Below, in pieces: positions 63,813 through 64,000 of a stretch of 64,000 nt of DNA (positions within the stretch are counted from its first letter, which is position 1; each line of letters begins with the position of its first letter). Made by a program: the position numbers and the translations under genes. The notes under the pieces were generated by a model. That model saw nothing but the letters and a program-made list of their open reading frames with translations. It had not been told where the DNA came from and ran no database searches. Origin of the DNA: Patellaria atrata CBS 101060 (Eukaryota); the NCBI GenBank assembly GCA_010093705.1, contig MU006098.1, positions 169,981-233,980 of the forward strand, written 5' to 3'.

Positions 63813-64000
63813 ATGGCTCCTAAGAACAAGGCTGCCGGTAGTAGTAAAGACACCTCTAAATCCAAATCCAAAGACACCAAGTCCAAAGACTCCAGCGAGA
63901 AAGCCGACAAGTCCTCTGGCAAGCTCAAAGCAGCTACGAGCATCAACGTCCGACATATTCTCTGCGAGAAACACTCGAAGAAAGAGGAAGCTCTTACAAA
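63813..64000 (+). CDS. PIN4: Parvulin-type peptidyl-prolyl isomerase PIN4/Par14, 3'-partial
   Basis: Lys-rich N-terminus 'MAPKNKAAGSSKDTSKSKSK..' followed by 'KLKAATSINVRHILCEKHSKKEEAL'. Absent from the ORF track because it runs off the window. Confidence 0.92.
   Translation, partial: MAPKNKAAGSSKDTSKSKSKDTKSKDSSEKADKSSGKLKAATSINVRHILCEKHSKKEEALT

Overview
Eukaryotic, intron-containing DNA from a filamentous ascomycete (Pezizomycotina, probably Dothideomycetes; GT-AG introns with CTRAY branch sites; one 100-N assembly gap). Intact genes, in order: a partial Fungal_trans (Zn2Cys6-type) transcription factor, ARP2/3 subunit ARPC5/Arc15, an Arg/Glu-rich hypothetical protein, a secreted choice-of-anchor-B-type protein, a TBC RabGAP, an m-AAA protease (AFG3/YTA12 type), an Ark1/Prk1 kinase, the F-box protein Grr1, pH regulator PacC, a cytochrome P450, glycogenin, an epoxide-hydrolase-like alpha/beta hydrolase, ALKBH6 and the start of parvulin PIN4. 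Gene-poor stretches (about 2.1-9.9 kb, 13-21 kb and 39.7-47.5 kb) hold decayed genes, including a P450 relic, an F-box-like relic, a 5'-truncated CpG-depleted LINE and a four-copy tandem coding module. The most notable items missed by the ORF track are a spliced locus whose only convincing ORF is a 33-aa Pro-rich microprotein (10219-10320), and a glycogenin intron that is itself open in frame and could give an alternative CxxC-containing C-terminus. Also seen: a likely GC-AG intron in ALKBH6 and a GCCAAG cluster upstream of pacC. No tRNA, rRNA or CRISPR features were recognised. All calls were made by eye with no database searches.
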